Of a stretch of 64,000 bases of DNA, positions 25,501-36,645 are shown one piece after another. The position numbers were made by a program, and so were the translations under genes. The notes under the pieces are model-generated. The model had not been told where the DNA came from, made no database searches, and worked only from the letters and a program-made list of their open reading frames with translations. Within the stretch, counting starts at the first letter, position 1. Every line of letters begins with the position of its first letter. The stretch is from Podarcis filfolensis (taxonomy: Eukaryota): NCBI GenBank assembly GCA_964270895.1, contig OZ185436.1; one strand, written 5' to 3'.

Positions 25501-26352
25501 CTTGTATTCCATTTTGAATAGTCCATATTCTTTCATTTCCCACGAGCTGCTTCTTCAATCTCACATTCTCTATTTCTACCAGCCGCATCACAGTTTGACC
25601 AATCAACGTAAAATAGTTGAGGTAGTTACAGCCAATAACATGCTCACTTATCATATGGCAATTTATGACAATATTTTACCACTGTCATTTTGGGGTGTAC
25701 ATGTACGCCATTGGTCCACCACTCACAGATTGACAAGGCTGGTTATTGAAATGCTTTAGATATTTCCCCATACACTGTCCAAAACACTTTCGTGATCAGA
25801 AGTATCTGGAAATAGGATATGATTACTTATGTACCAGTTGAAGCTATCCTTTGCTGTGGACTTCAGAATGGTAGCGAATGAGGCACCCACTGGAATGAGA
25901 ATGTGTTGTCAGACTAGGTTGATGTCTGGTGCATGGAAAATGCTTTTGCCACTCTTTCCTCTGCATCTCTTGTGGAAGATGCTGGTTTTACGCTTGCAAA
26001 ATATCTTGTCAAAAATGATGCTCGCTATGGGGCAACTATATTTACAGTGCTCTTTCATTGTCCCAATCCTGCTAAAGAAAAAGTGCTGTATGTTTTAAAA
26101 GGGTAACTGACAGGTGTCCGTTCTAGTAAAGGATAACATGACCCATTCATTTCCTTCAGGATAATTCCCTATTGTATAATCGCAACATGCTTTCCTGTTT
26201 GTTTTGTTTTTTAAATAACCCCTGGCCTAAACTTCCTGTTCATCAGCTTGGAATGATGGTAACATTTTGGCTATACAACTGCTTTTCCATCTTTTGACAT
26301 TACTCATCAACCTCTTAAAATTCTTTGGATTTATCCAATGCATAATAAAATT

Positions 26353-26395
26353 TCTATCATCTATCTATCTACCTACCTACCTACCTACCTACCTA
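26353..26395. repeat. (TCTA)n(CCTA)n tetranucleotide microsatellite, left flank of MITE
   Basis: Direct reading. Confidence 0.9.
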
Positions 26396-26889
26396 CCGTA
26401 TTTTTCGCCCTATAAGGCGCACTGGCCCATAGGACGCACCTCGTTTTTTTTGGGGGGGGAAATGAATAAAAAAAATTTATTCCCCCCCCCAGCCGCGGGG
26501 CTGGGGCAGGGGAAGCCAGAGCTTCCTCCGACCCCAGCCCCCAGAACAGGCTGCCACCCCAAGCCTTGCGTGCTCGGCGGGACCTCCCGCCAGGCGCGCA
26601 AGGCTTGCGCACACCTCCCTGAAGCATGGGGCATCCTCCGGAGGACGCCCCGTGCTTCGGGCTGCAGGCTGCCGCCCCAAGCCTCGCGCGCCTGGCGGGA
26701 CCTCCCGCCAGGCGCGCAAGGCTTGCGGATAGCTTCCTGAAGCGTGGAGAGCAAGAGGGGTCGGTGCGCACCAACGCCTCTCACTCTCCAGGCTTCAGCA
26801 AAAGTCTGCATTCACCCCATAGGACGCACACACATTTCCCCTTCATTTTTGGAGGGGAAAAAGTGCGTCCTATAGGGCGAAAAATACGG
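26396..26889. mobile_element. Young Tc1/mariner-superfamily (Tc2-type) non-autonomous element, 494 bp
   Basis: 28-bp TIRs ccgtatttttcgccctata(ag/ga)...cgcact with 2 mismatches; TA target duplication at 26394-26395 and 26890-26891; GC- and CpG-rich interior. Confidence 0.9.
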
Positions 26890-26905
26890 TATATCTATCT
26901 ATCTA

Positions 26906-26955
<50 letters not shown>
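26890..26955. repeat. (TCTA)n / GATA-type microsatellite, right flank of MITE
   Basis: Direct reading. Confidence 0.92.
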
Positions 26956-27024
26956 ATTTCTTGGCTTGATATTCTTCTCTGCTTGTACATTCAAGGAATG
27001 GGATAGGGATTATACAAAATGTAG

Positions 27025-27080
27025 ATGCGTGTGTATGTGTGTGTCTGTGTGTGTATGTGTGCGCGTGCGCACACACACAC
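27025..27080. repeat. Compound (TG)n-(CG)-(CA)n alternating purine-pyrimidine tract
   Basis: 27046-27080 is 35 bp of unbroken R/Y alternation. Confidence 0.85.
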
Positions 27081-28859
27081 TTTTTATACCTTAAGATCAT
27101 AAACTATGTGAAGGTGTGCTGAAGAATGTGTTTGAAGATAGTGAAACAGTTTCTTGCTGTACAACAGGATGTACAGTAAGCAGGCAGCTTATGCAGGGGT
27201 TATCTTCCGGCGGATTGTGCCTAAAGCCAAATTATGCATAGTCAAAATCTATTGAGCTCAATGGTAAGTGGGATTGCCAAAGTCATTTCCCCCAGAACCT
27301 CACACCCTTTCTCCACCCTTTTAATTTTTATTTATTTATTTTGCCCGCACATAAAGCTGAATGTGCAAAAGTTAAATGCACCTATGTTGTGGGCTTGCTG
27401 TATTTATTGAAATATCCCTCTCTCCGCCACTCCTTATGGCAGCCATTCCTGGACAAGGCAGTTTAATTATGCTCTGACTGTGGCCGTTGCCATCTATATA
27501 CTTAGTCAACTAAGATGAATGAAACAATGACTATTTTAGAGAAAGGGACACCCATTAAAAACTCAATAAGCAGATACTAAGAATGGTTTTCTTGGCAGTC
27601 AGTGCCAATATATCTGGATCAGATTGTGCAGAAACTGCCCTATTGTACTGACTATAAGTAGATGGAGAGTTTTCCCGTTCACAAGGCAAGTTGTACAGTG
27701 TATTGTATAGGCCAATAGTGATAAGTGGGAGCAGTTTGCCGCTTAATCACAAAAGTGTATGTGTCACAGGCCTTAATGCATTTGTGCCTGGCGGTCTTTG
27801 ATTCTGTTCTCTGGCCTTATCGTGCTCTTATTGAAGGTGGCGATAAAGCTTCCGCTATTGGTGTAAACAACGCTGCCCTGAATGCCTGAGAACATTTACC
27901 CCGTTGGGCCTATCTATAACTCGCTATTTATTATGTGTACCGCTATTATGTGCCTCTCCATTCTTTCCCGTATCTCTCCATTCTTAAGATAAGTGTAATG
28001 AAAAGAAATATCTTAAAGAGTTCTGTTTCTGTTTCTAGTTCTCATATAAAGATAAACTTGTTTGCATGTGCTCTTCCATGTAACTCCTGAAACGCCTTAT
28101 GTTTCCCACCTCTTCATGGCTGCCACGTACTTAGGTGTTACTGTAACAGAAGTGATGCTCCCAGGACGCTCTGGCCAGAAACACTATATTTTCACCTTCA
28201 GCAAGTTGCTAGGCTCTCAGTTCTTCCAGCTGAATCTCTTGCACCAGAGATTCATGGCCCATGTGGTTCACTTGGGAAGTGCAAGTACTTCCCTCCCAGT
28301 TATTTATTTAGATTTGCTAGTCATCTTGGTTCTCTCCTTTTGGAAAATTTTTCTTAAAACATATCTGTCATCCTTTGGCAGGATGTTTACATTACAAACA
28401 GGCTTGTATAACCTCCTGAGAGGCACTGCTCCTGCTAAGGATTTGGCCTGCTAAAGATATCATTCAAGAGGTATTGTTGCCAGCTTTGTTCCTTTATCAT
28501 CATTATTATACTGGCACGTTTTCTAAACCCTTTGCAAGCTTGTACTGCAGACATTGGGAGGTGAGAATGCTTAGCTCCACACCATAAAAACCTCCATCTG
28601 CTGATTTCTGCAGATAAAAAGCAGGGAAGCAGGGCAGTCCTAAGGGGGAGGTAAAAAAAAAAAATCTCACCAAAACTGACAGGATGCCTGTCTTGCTGCC
28701 CTGTCCTGTGCATGTTTACTTGTACATAAACACCACTTAACACAGTGGGATGTGTCTGCAGGCTGGAATGGGTTGGATTGCATTCTTGAGCTCCTTCCAT
28801 AGAAAGGTCTGTAGAGACGGAGAGACCCTGTGAAATGCTTTCAGAATCTGCAACTATTA

Positions 28860-29121
28860 GGCTGCATTCATACCACACATTTAAAGCACTATGATACACT
28901 TCGAACAGCCTTGGCCTCCGAAGAATTCTGGGAGCTGTAGTTTGTTAGGAGACCCCTCTTCCCCACAGAGAGCTACAATACCTAGAGTTCTTGTGAAGAG
29001 GGATTGATTGTTTAACCACTCTGGAAAATGGCAGCTCTGTGAATTCCCAGGATTATTTGGAGGAAGCCATGACTGTTTAAAGCGGTATCATAATGCTTTA
29101 AATGTATGGTGTGGACGTGGC
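28860..29121. mobile_element. PIF/Harbinger-type MITE, ~262 bp
   Basis: About 60-bp imperfect TIRs (ggctgcattcataccacacatttaaagcactatgatac... versus the reverse complement of the right end gccacgtccacaccatacatttaaagcattatgatacc...) and a TTA trinucleotide on both sides (28857-28859, 29122-29124). Confidence 0.8.
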
Positions 29122-30495
29122 TTAGGAGTGCAACACCTGACTGGGCTTTTTCTGAATGCACTTTTATACAATCAAAAGAGCCTGTCTGGCTGTTGGGAGG
29201 GAAATAATGGGAGAGAATTGGCAGGAATCAATTGTGAAGTAGAGTTCTTCTGGGCTGTTTAGTGTGTGGCTGCTGAGGTCAGCTAATACTTTTTGGTATG
29301 CATTTTAATTACTGTTAAGTAAAAGAAGTAAGTCACAAATGTTAGGAATGTGTTGTTTGTTTTTAAGGAGAGGTGTTGCCATTATTTGAAACAATTGTCA
29401 CTTGCACAATATCAATTCAAAAATATTGAAGCTCCTGCTGTGGAGGTATTTTAAAATATATTTAAACAAATCCCTATTCCTCCCAAGTATAAAGTGCCAA
29501 GCAGGACCTTAGTGCAGTTTTGTTTTCCAGCTATGTTAATATTTCGGCATGTGGCTACTTGCAATTACAATAAAACTGTTTTGACATTTGTGTTTGGGGT
29601 TTATTAGGGTGGAAGCTTTAATCTTGTCTCACTGAGCTATTTTGTGTGTGTGTCGTTCATTAAAAATAAGGGAAATGATTACTGAATATTTGCCATGACA
29701 CTGTTCCTGCCATAAGGGGAAGTCATAGGACAGACTTACAAAAACAGTTTCATTAGGAGCCAATTCCCCCCACCTCCGCCCTAGGGCTGCTTCATTTAGC
29801 TTTGGGGGTTTCTGACGGCCCTATTTTATCTTGTAGTTCAGTGTAATAAAGATTGGATAAGGGAAAATGCATGCTGCTTATGCTAAAACACAATTATGAT
29901 GCCCCAAATGGATTTTCAGAATTTAAGCCATCAGCAGCCAACATTTGAAGCAACATACAATTGAAAACTAGTTCTTAGAGCTACAAAGCATGTTGTGGAT
30001 ACTAAGCAGGCCAAAGATAGCACTTAGAGCTCAGAACCAGGGGCCTTTTAGGGATGGTTAAATGCTTGGTTGCCTGGGGTGGTCCAACAGTTGATTGCAG
30101 ATTAGTTACTAACTTGGTGACTCACTTTCTCTTTTTAAATGATGGGCAGGTCATCTTAGAGGTGTTCAGTGCCACTAAGATAAATCTGCCACCTCCTTTT
30201 GTTGATATGCCGTCATTGTTTCAAACATACAATCTACCTGTCTGCTTCTGAGTTCATGCGTAGAGGAAGGCACTGTTGCTTCAAGTCACTTCCAACAGGA
30301 CATGTATTGGGGACCAAGTAGAGGCAGAAGGGTGGCAGCAAGTAATATTACCACATATCGGCAGCTTCTCTTTATGTCAGTCTTCCTCTCTGCTCTCACG
30401 TAGCACACATAGGCTGCCTGGGGTACAGGGCTCCAGACTGGCTGCTTTCTCTGTCTTCTGGGATGCCTACTTAACAATTGCCCCAAGTTTTAGAT

Positions 30496-30725
30496 CAGGG
30501 GTCAGCAAACTTTTTCAGGAGACCTTGTGGGGGGCCCGACTATATTTTGAAAAAAATAATAATGAATGAATTCCTACGCCCCACAAATAACCCAGAGAGG
30601 CATTTTAAATAAAAGGACACATTCTACTTATGTAAAAACAGGCTGATTCCCAGACCGTCCATGGGCTGGATTTAGATGGCAATTGGGCCGGCTCTGGCTC
30701 CTGGACCTTACTTTGCCTACCCATG
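30496..30725. mobile_element. hAT-Charlie-type MITE, 230 bp
   Basis: TIRs caggggtcagcaaact / actttgcctacccatg; 8-bp TSD ttttagat (30488-30495) versus ttttaaat (30726-30733), 7/8 match. Confidence 0.85.
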
Positions 30726-31188
30726 TTTTAAATTACAGAAGCAGTTGTTGAGCAAATCTGTTTATGTCAGCAATGAAATTGTCTAGTCAGTTCCTCTTTT
30801 GGCCCCAAATGTAGCAGTGTGACTACTGCAGTTTGGATCTCCCCACCTCAACCTAGTGTGCTAAGGTTTTTTTTGTGTGTGTTTATTGAGGTGTCAGTTG
30901 TGTCTAGCAATGTATTCATTTAAAAACTAGTTCCAGCTGAACACTGGCTGAGAGACAGATTTTTTCTCCACTGGAAAAATGTCATTCTTACTAGGATTAC
31001 AATAACAGGGAGCAGAGGAACTTTGTCCAAATAAGGAGTGTGTTTGTATCTGATTAGTCTGTTAAAATCTAGCCTAGAATCTGCACATATCAGTAGCTGG
31101 GGGGGGGCAGCAGTTTTCTTAGCATTGCAACCTAAATTAGCAAATTCCTAACAATGTCTCTTCTTCCTGTTTTTTTTATTATTTGCAG

Positions 31189-31749
31189 ACACCAGTCAAC
31201 AGGCTCGCTCTGTATCCCACAGGCCTTATTACACACTGCCTAACAGTAGCCATGAGAGGCGGTCTGTCCTCACCATTACTGAACCTCCGCGATTCCATTT
31301 CCAGGCCAAAGGAAAAAACATACGCCTGGATGCCCATTCCCGCAAAGCCACTCGGAGGAACAGTTTCTGCAACGGCGTCACTTTCACCAACCGGCCCATC
31401 CACCTCTACGAGAAAGTGCGTCTCAAGCTGGTGTCTGTGCACCACGGGTGGAGCGGGGCCCTGCGCTTTGGCTTCACCACTCACGATCCATCGCAGATGA
31501 GCGCAGACGACATACCAAAATACGCCTGCCCAGACCTGGTGACACGGCCAGGCTTCTGGGCCAAAGCCCTGCCAGAGAGGTTTGCACTAAGAGACAACAT
31601 CTTGGCGTTCTGGGTCGACCGCCATGGAAGAGTTTTCTATAGCGTTAATGATGAAGAGCCAATTCTGTTTCACTGTGGCGTCAAAGTCTCCGGGCCTCTC
31701 TGGGCACTGATAGATGTCTATGGAATCACACATGAAGTGCAAATACTAG
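31189..31749 (+). CDS. NEURL1B: NEURL1B coding exon 2 (first NHR/neuralized domain); phase 1-1, 561 nt
   Basis: Polypyrimidine tract + ttgcag acceptor ending 31188; donor ctag|gtaggt at 31750. Translation (D)TSQQARSVSHRPYYTLPNSSHERRSVLTITEPPRFHFQAKGKNIRLDAHSRKATRRNSFCNGVTFTNRPIHLYEKVRLKLVSVHHGWSGALRFGFTTHDP...GPLWALIDVYGITHEVQIL matches vertebrate NEURL1B NHR1 as I know it. Confidence 0.96.
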
Positions 31750-33799
31750 GTAGGTGTATATGGTCTGTTAAAAAAATAATCTCCTTCTGTATAGACCCTT
31801 TTGTCATGTCTCCCTTCTCTCAGAACAAGCTGTGTGAGGTTGGTAGCGGTGTTTATGTTGTAAAGTGTAAAGCCCAGATACTAAGCTTGCATTTTCATTT
31901 TCATCCAGTCACTGTTACTGGGACTCGGGTTCAAATCCCTACCTAGGTATGAAGCTCACGGTCCCTCTGCCAAGCCTACCTCACAGGCTTGCTGTGAGGG
32001 TAATAACTGAGAAGGACAGAACCAGGTGTGCCACCATGAGCTCTTGGAGGAAAGGTGGAATGTAAATGTAATAAATAAATGAAATAAGCAATGGTGAAAA
32101 TGTGAAATCTTCAGGCGGACGTTCTGCTCCATCGTGGTTAAATTGGATTGCACCATGGGGCAGATAAGCTGGCAACAGATATTTTTTCTCCAATTACAGT
32201 TGCCTAAATTAATATGCCAACACTTCAGAAATTTAAAACCAACGCCAGAAACTGCCCATAGTATTTATATTGGTAGCCTGTTCCTATTGCATAAGCTCGC
32301 TTGATAAAACTGCAGGTGTGTTTGTTGCACTGGTGCCCTTGGTGTGCGATAGCTTTTAACTTTTGGATCTGTGAGCCCCACAACCAAGGAGACCAATCCA
32401 ATGACATGAGGCCTCTTCCCCTTGCATTGGCTCCACAAATTGCCAGCTGTGTGTACCATGCAGTGCCATGACTCATCCTCCCTCTCCAGCTCAGGCTTTA
32501 TGACCATTATCTCCTGCGATGGCCACTTAGAGCCTCTCATGTGGCATTCCTGCCCTATCGGGGTTTTTTAGAAAGCACAGCACCTTGACACAAGAGAAAC
32601 GCCAGCTTCTCTGCTTATCAGAGGACTCCAGCGAGGGCAGCAATGTCGTAATTCTCTTTCCAAGAGTTTGGAAGCTTTTCCAAAGCATTGGGTTTTTCCT
32701 CTTCTTGAATCTATTCCGTCCAGGCAAGAGATTCCTCGCTCTTGATTTATCCCCTTGTCCTGTAGAGTTCAGGTGATAGCTTGGCTTCAGTTGGCGTACC
32801 TAGAAGTACAGCTCAATGAGCCATGATTGTGGACTTATTTTTGTCCTTATAGACAAGCCTGATAGTATGTGTTTACAAGCACTAGGGATCTTGGATGCTG
32901 CCTGTGATGTAATCTGCTGCTTCCAGTGTTCTCAGAACATGAGCACTAATACATGTGTCTGGTGTACTCCGGGGTTATCTGAATAAAGCTGTCACAACCC
33001 CCTTCCCCCTTTCTGGTATTGGTTTACTGCACATATCTCCAGCTCTACAGTTGACTTCAAAGGACAGATTTGGCATTCCTGTCATCTTAATTGTGGACAT
33101 GATTGTTAAAGATAACATAGCTTCAGCAATAATGACATAATGCATTAATGGAAAATAGTTCAAATCATTCTTAAGTAGGCACGGTTTAAATTGGGGTGCT
33201 TAAAATTTTGAAAACCACGACCACAACCTCTCCCCACCTCCCCAAATTCTTAAGCCCCCTTTCCATGTCCTTTTGCACCCCAAACAAGGGACACTTTTTC
33301 AGCTTAAAATTAAACAATCACCTAGGAATAGTTAAGTGCCTTGCCAAAAGGCTATTGAAATTGATTCTGTGCCTTGCATAAGTGGGTATTTATGCCATAC
33401 CAAGACCTAGCGTGATTCTGAAAATTGTCTTTACATTTTCACTGTGCCCTACTAAGCCTTGTCAGAAAGCTATGGTCCGTGGTGTGTTAGATCCTGCATT
33501 ATGACCCTGGGTAGAGTTGAAGGGGCACAGCTCCTATGAAGTGAATTATACAATGGCTAGCTTGTCAGTGGAGGCAGCAGGTAGAAACCAGGCCATTTCT
33601 CTCTCCCCCTGTGGTCTGTAAAACTATAGTTTACAATGTGCTATAGCACTTGTTGGCCACAGTCAATTAATTTGGACTGTGTGCCAAAAGCCCATTAAAA
33701 TAAATGAGCATAACAGCACTTAACTCTTGCTGAATTTTGATCAGAGCCTTCAAAAGTGCTTGGCCGCCTCTTTCCCTTCAGAGCATCCATATGAAATAG

Positions 33800-33870
33800 A
33801 TCACTATTATTAGCATTTTACAGTTCACTATTATTACCATTTTACAGGTAGAAATGTAAGAGAAAGTGAG
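33800..33870 (-). mobile_element. MIR-core-like SINE remnant
   Basis: cactattattaccattttacaggtagaaatgtaagag resembles the MIR core attattatccccattttacagatgaggaaactgag. Confidence 0.35.
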
Positions 33871-35420
33871 GGCCAAGTTGGATCACTTTTGTAGCGTCAG
33901 TAATTGGGGAGTGGCTGGAAGACGGGAACAGAGGGTGTCCCAAATATAGAACTGTAGATGCTTCACAAAGCAGGATGCACTATGTACAAATTCATTATAT
34001 CAACTCTTAACATTGTAGATGTGAAGCTTTTATGACTTAAGCACTTAGAGAAAGCCACTCCTTTGAAATATTGAACTGGCTACCTGGGATCCTGAGGAGG
34101 AAGACAGGCTTTACTTTAACACCCCCTCCCAGATTCCTTCTGTCAAGAAAAGCTATGTGGCTAATCAAAATTGAAAGCTGTTTTATACGTTTGATTTTTC
34201 CATATATTGCATTGATAGTCAACTTTAAGCCCTTCAGATAAATTTTCAATACATTTCCACTTTTAAGGAGGCTAAAATGCATGCAAATGCAGCAGAGTCA
34301 TGTGTAACTTAAAATCAAGTTTAACAGTGTAAACCTGTGTACGTTTTCCCAGAAGTAAATCCCACTTAATTCAGTGTGTTTTATTCCTAAGCAAGCATGC
34401 ACAGTACTGCAGCCTTAAGCTGCCATCCACAAGTCATGCCATGATTTCAGCATGAGTCCAGGTAGTGGCCCCCAGATTATAGATCTAAGACTTTGGGAAA
34501 ATAATCTTAGGATGATTCTTCCTTTTAGAAATCTGAATGTCCTAAATCAAAATTTGCCGAAGTATCTTGCCCTTTGCTTTCCTCATATGCATTCTTTTTC
34601 TCATTATCAACTCTCAATAACTATACAGGGGAATGGTTCATATGGAGTGATGTGTTTCTAGTTTTATGCTTTGGGGCTAGAAATGTTTGTGGGTTTTTTG
34701 TTTTTTTTTTGTTTACATTGGGCGCTATCAGATGGGATGTTGTGCTGGGAGAGAGTTTGTCGCTTGTTCACGTAGCCTGTCAGTAACAAATAGTCTGTAG
34801 TGTGCTTTGAAACATTTTTTTAAAGGTCACTACTGCTATTTTAGCATGCAAGTACATTACACACAATTTATTATTAATGGTCTAAAGTGATTAAATGCAT
34901 TCTCTTTCCAGTCTCTCTTACATGAATTAAATTGGCAAGGACGGGGTGGGGGTGTGGAGGTATGAGAGAGATGAGACGAGGAAGGAATATTTATTCTCTC
35001 AAGTAGGTAGTGTAGTTTGCAGAATCTGCTTTTCTGCAATTGAGTGAGGCAGTGAACAGAAACAGGTCTCTTTTTGTGAGCACCAAATACAAGTCTGAAA
35101 GGAATAGAGGCCCCTGCATCGGGCAACCCGCTTGTAGTATGGTGTTCCATTGGACAGTGCTCCCGTAGAATAGCAAATACTGGTTGGAGCTTTGTTTGAC
35201 GGAAGAATTCCTAACTGCCTTGAAAATTCTGTGTTTCCAGATATTTTTCTTTATGTTCCTTTTGCCCACTTTAATTGGAAACACAATTGGATTAGGAAAA
35301 GTATCATATTTGATGTTTTAAGTATGATGAAGGAGTGGCCAGAAAGCAACGATCAAGCCAGGGTAGGCTGCCATTTTCAGCTTGCCTCTAATACAGCTTT
35401 TCCTTGTCATTGCCTCACAG

Positions 35421-36128
35421 ACAGCATGTTTGCCGAGACGATGACCTCCACCCGTCTCAGCAACGCACGACTCAGCACTTGCCTTCCACAGAGCAGCCAC
35501 GACTCAGCCAACTTCAACAACAACGAACTGGAGAACAACCAGGTGGTGGCCAAAATTGCTAATCTGAACTTGAGCCGTATGCCTGCGCTGCCGACAGATA
35601 ATCACACCATCCCTTGCTGTCCAAGCAGGCGGCAGCTTGCCCAAGTGGTGCCTGCCTTTCTCGATACAGATCTGCGTTTCCACCCTACTCGTGGGCCCGA
35701 CATTAACTTTTCTCAGGACCGGATGTCTGCCTGCACCAACTGGCAAGAGAGCAATAGGACTTTGGTGTTTTCCGACCGGCCTTTGCACATTGGCGAAAGC
35801 CTCTTTGTGGAAGTTGGACACCTGGGGCTGCCGTACTATGGAGCCCTCACGTTTGGCATCACTTCTTGTGATCCTGGTACTTTACGAACAAATGAGCTCC
35901 CAGCGGATCCAGACTTCCTTCTGGATCGCAAGGAATACTGGGTGGTTTGCCGAGGTTTCCCAGTCCTCAACAATGGGGACATCCTCAGCTTTGTGGTCTT
36001 GCCAAATGGAGAAGTGCACCATGGAATAAACGGGATCAACCGTGGGATGCTGATGTGCGTTGATACCTCGCAGTCACTGTGGGTATTTTTCACGATCCAT
36101 GGTGTAATCAATCAACTCAAAATATTAG
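35421..36128 (+). CDS. NEURL1B: NEURL1B coding exon 3 (linker + second NHR domain); phase 1-1, 708 nt
   Basis: Acceptor cctcacag| ending 35420, donor ttag|gtaagt at 36129. (D)SMFAETMTSTRLSNARLSTCLPQSSHDSANFNNNELENNQVVAK...DLRFHPTRGPD...RTLVFSDRPLHIGESLFVEV...FGITSCDPGTLRTNELPADPDFLLDRKEYWVV, in frame with exon 2. Confidence 0.96.
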
Positions 36129-36412
36129 GTAAGTGCAGCTCAAAAATATGGGTGTAGTGTAGTGTAACGCTGAGATTTCTTTGCAGCTTTGGAGCGGCAT
36201 TACATTCTCTCTGGCTTCAGTGGGCTGTTGCCTCTCTCTGTGGCATTTTATAGGCCAACTAAACCCTTGTTGCCACCAGCTGTGCCTTGCATTGGCATTG
36301 CTGAAGCATGATCTTATATTTGGGGAGATGGTCAAAAACAGATGTCTCTGCCGCTTGTCTGGCAACTTGCATGTACTTTTTCATAAAGCTAGTAAATGTG
36401 CATACTATTCTA

Positions 36413-36645
36413 CAGTGGTACCTCGAGTTACAAACACCTCAGGTTACAAACGCTTCAGGTTACAAACTCCGCTAACCTGCAAGAGTTACCTTGAGTTGAG
36501 AACTTTGCCCCAGGATGAGAATGGAAATTGTGTGCCAGCGGCAGTAAGAGGCCCCATTAGCGAAAGCACACCTCTACTTAAGAACAGTTTCAGGTTAAGA
36601 ACGGATTTGCGGAACGAATTAAGTTCGTAACTAGATGTACCACTG
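36413..36645. mobile_element. Tc1/mariner (Tigger-like) MITE, 233 bp, in NEURL1B intron 3
   Basis: TIR cagtggtacctcgagttac versus the reverse complement of gtaactagatgtaccactg (2 mismatches in 19); TA TSD at 36411-36412 and 36646-36647; same family as 58997-59222. Confidence 0.92.

Noticed and set aside
25537-25544. CSL/RBPJ site CGTGGGAA (minus strand) and several TGTGGGAA matches as Notch feedback elements
   Set aside because: The number of hits is about what chance gives in 64 kb; no paired head-to-head site.
25380-26100. Stretch with coding-like complexity, possibly a decayed transposase or pseudogene
   Set aside because: All six frames are interrupted and I could not match any motif convincingly. 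A tBLASTx or Dfam search would settle it.
26267-27006. Several overlapping 126-157-aa ORFs on both strands
   Set aside because: Products of the GC-rich palindromic MITE and flanking microsatellites; no transposase motifs.
31183-31500. 105-aa alternative-frame ORF over NEURL1B exon 2 (also 35637-36029 over exon 3)
   Set aside because: Starts at a TTG inside the acceptor or at an internal non-ATG codon; explained by the codon structure of the real frame.
36181-36630. 149-aa ORF downstream of exon 3
   Set aside because: Intronic, TTG start, and its 3' half is the Tigger-like MITE.
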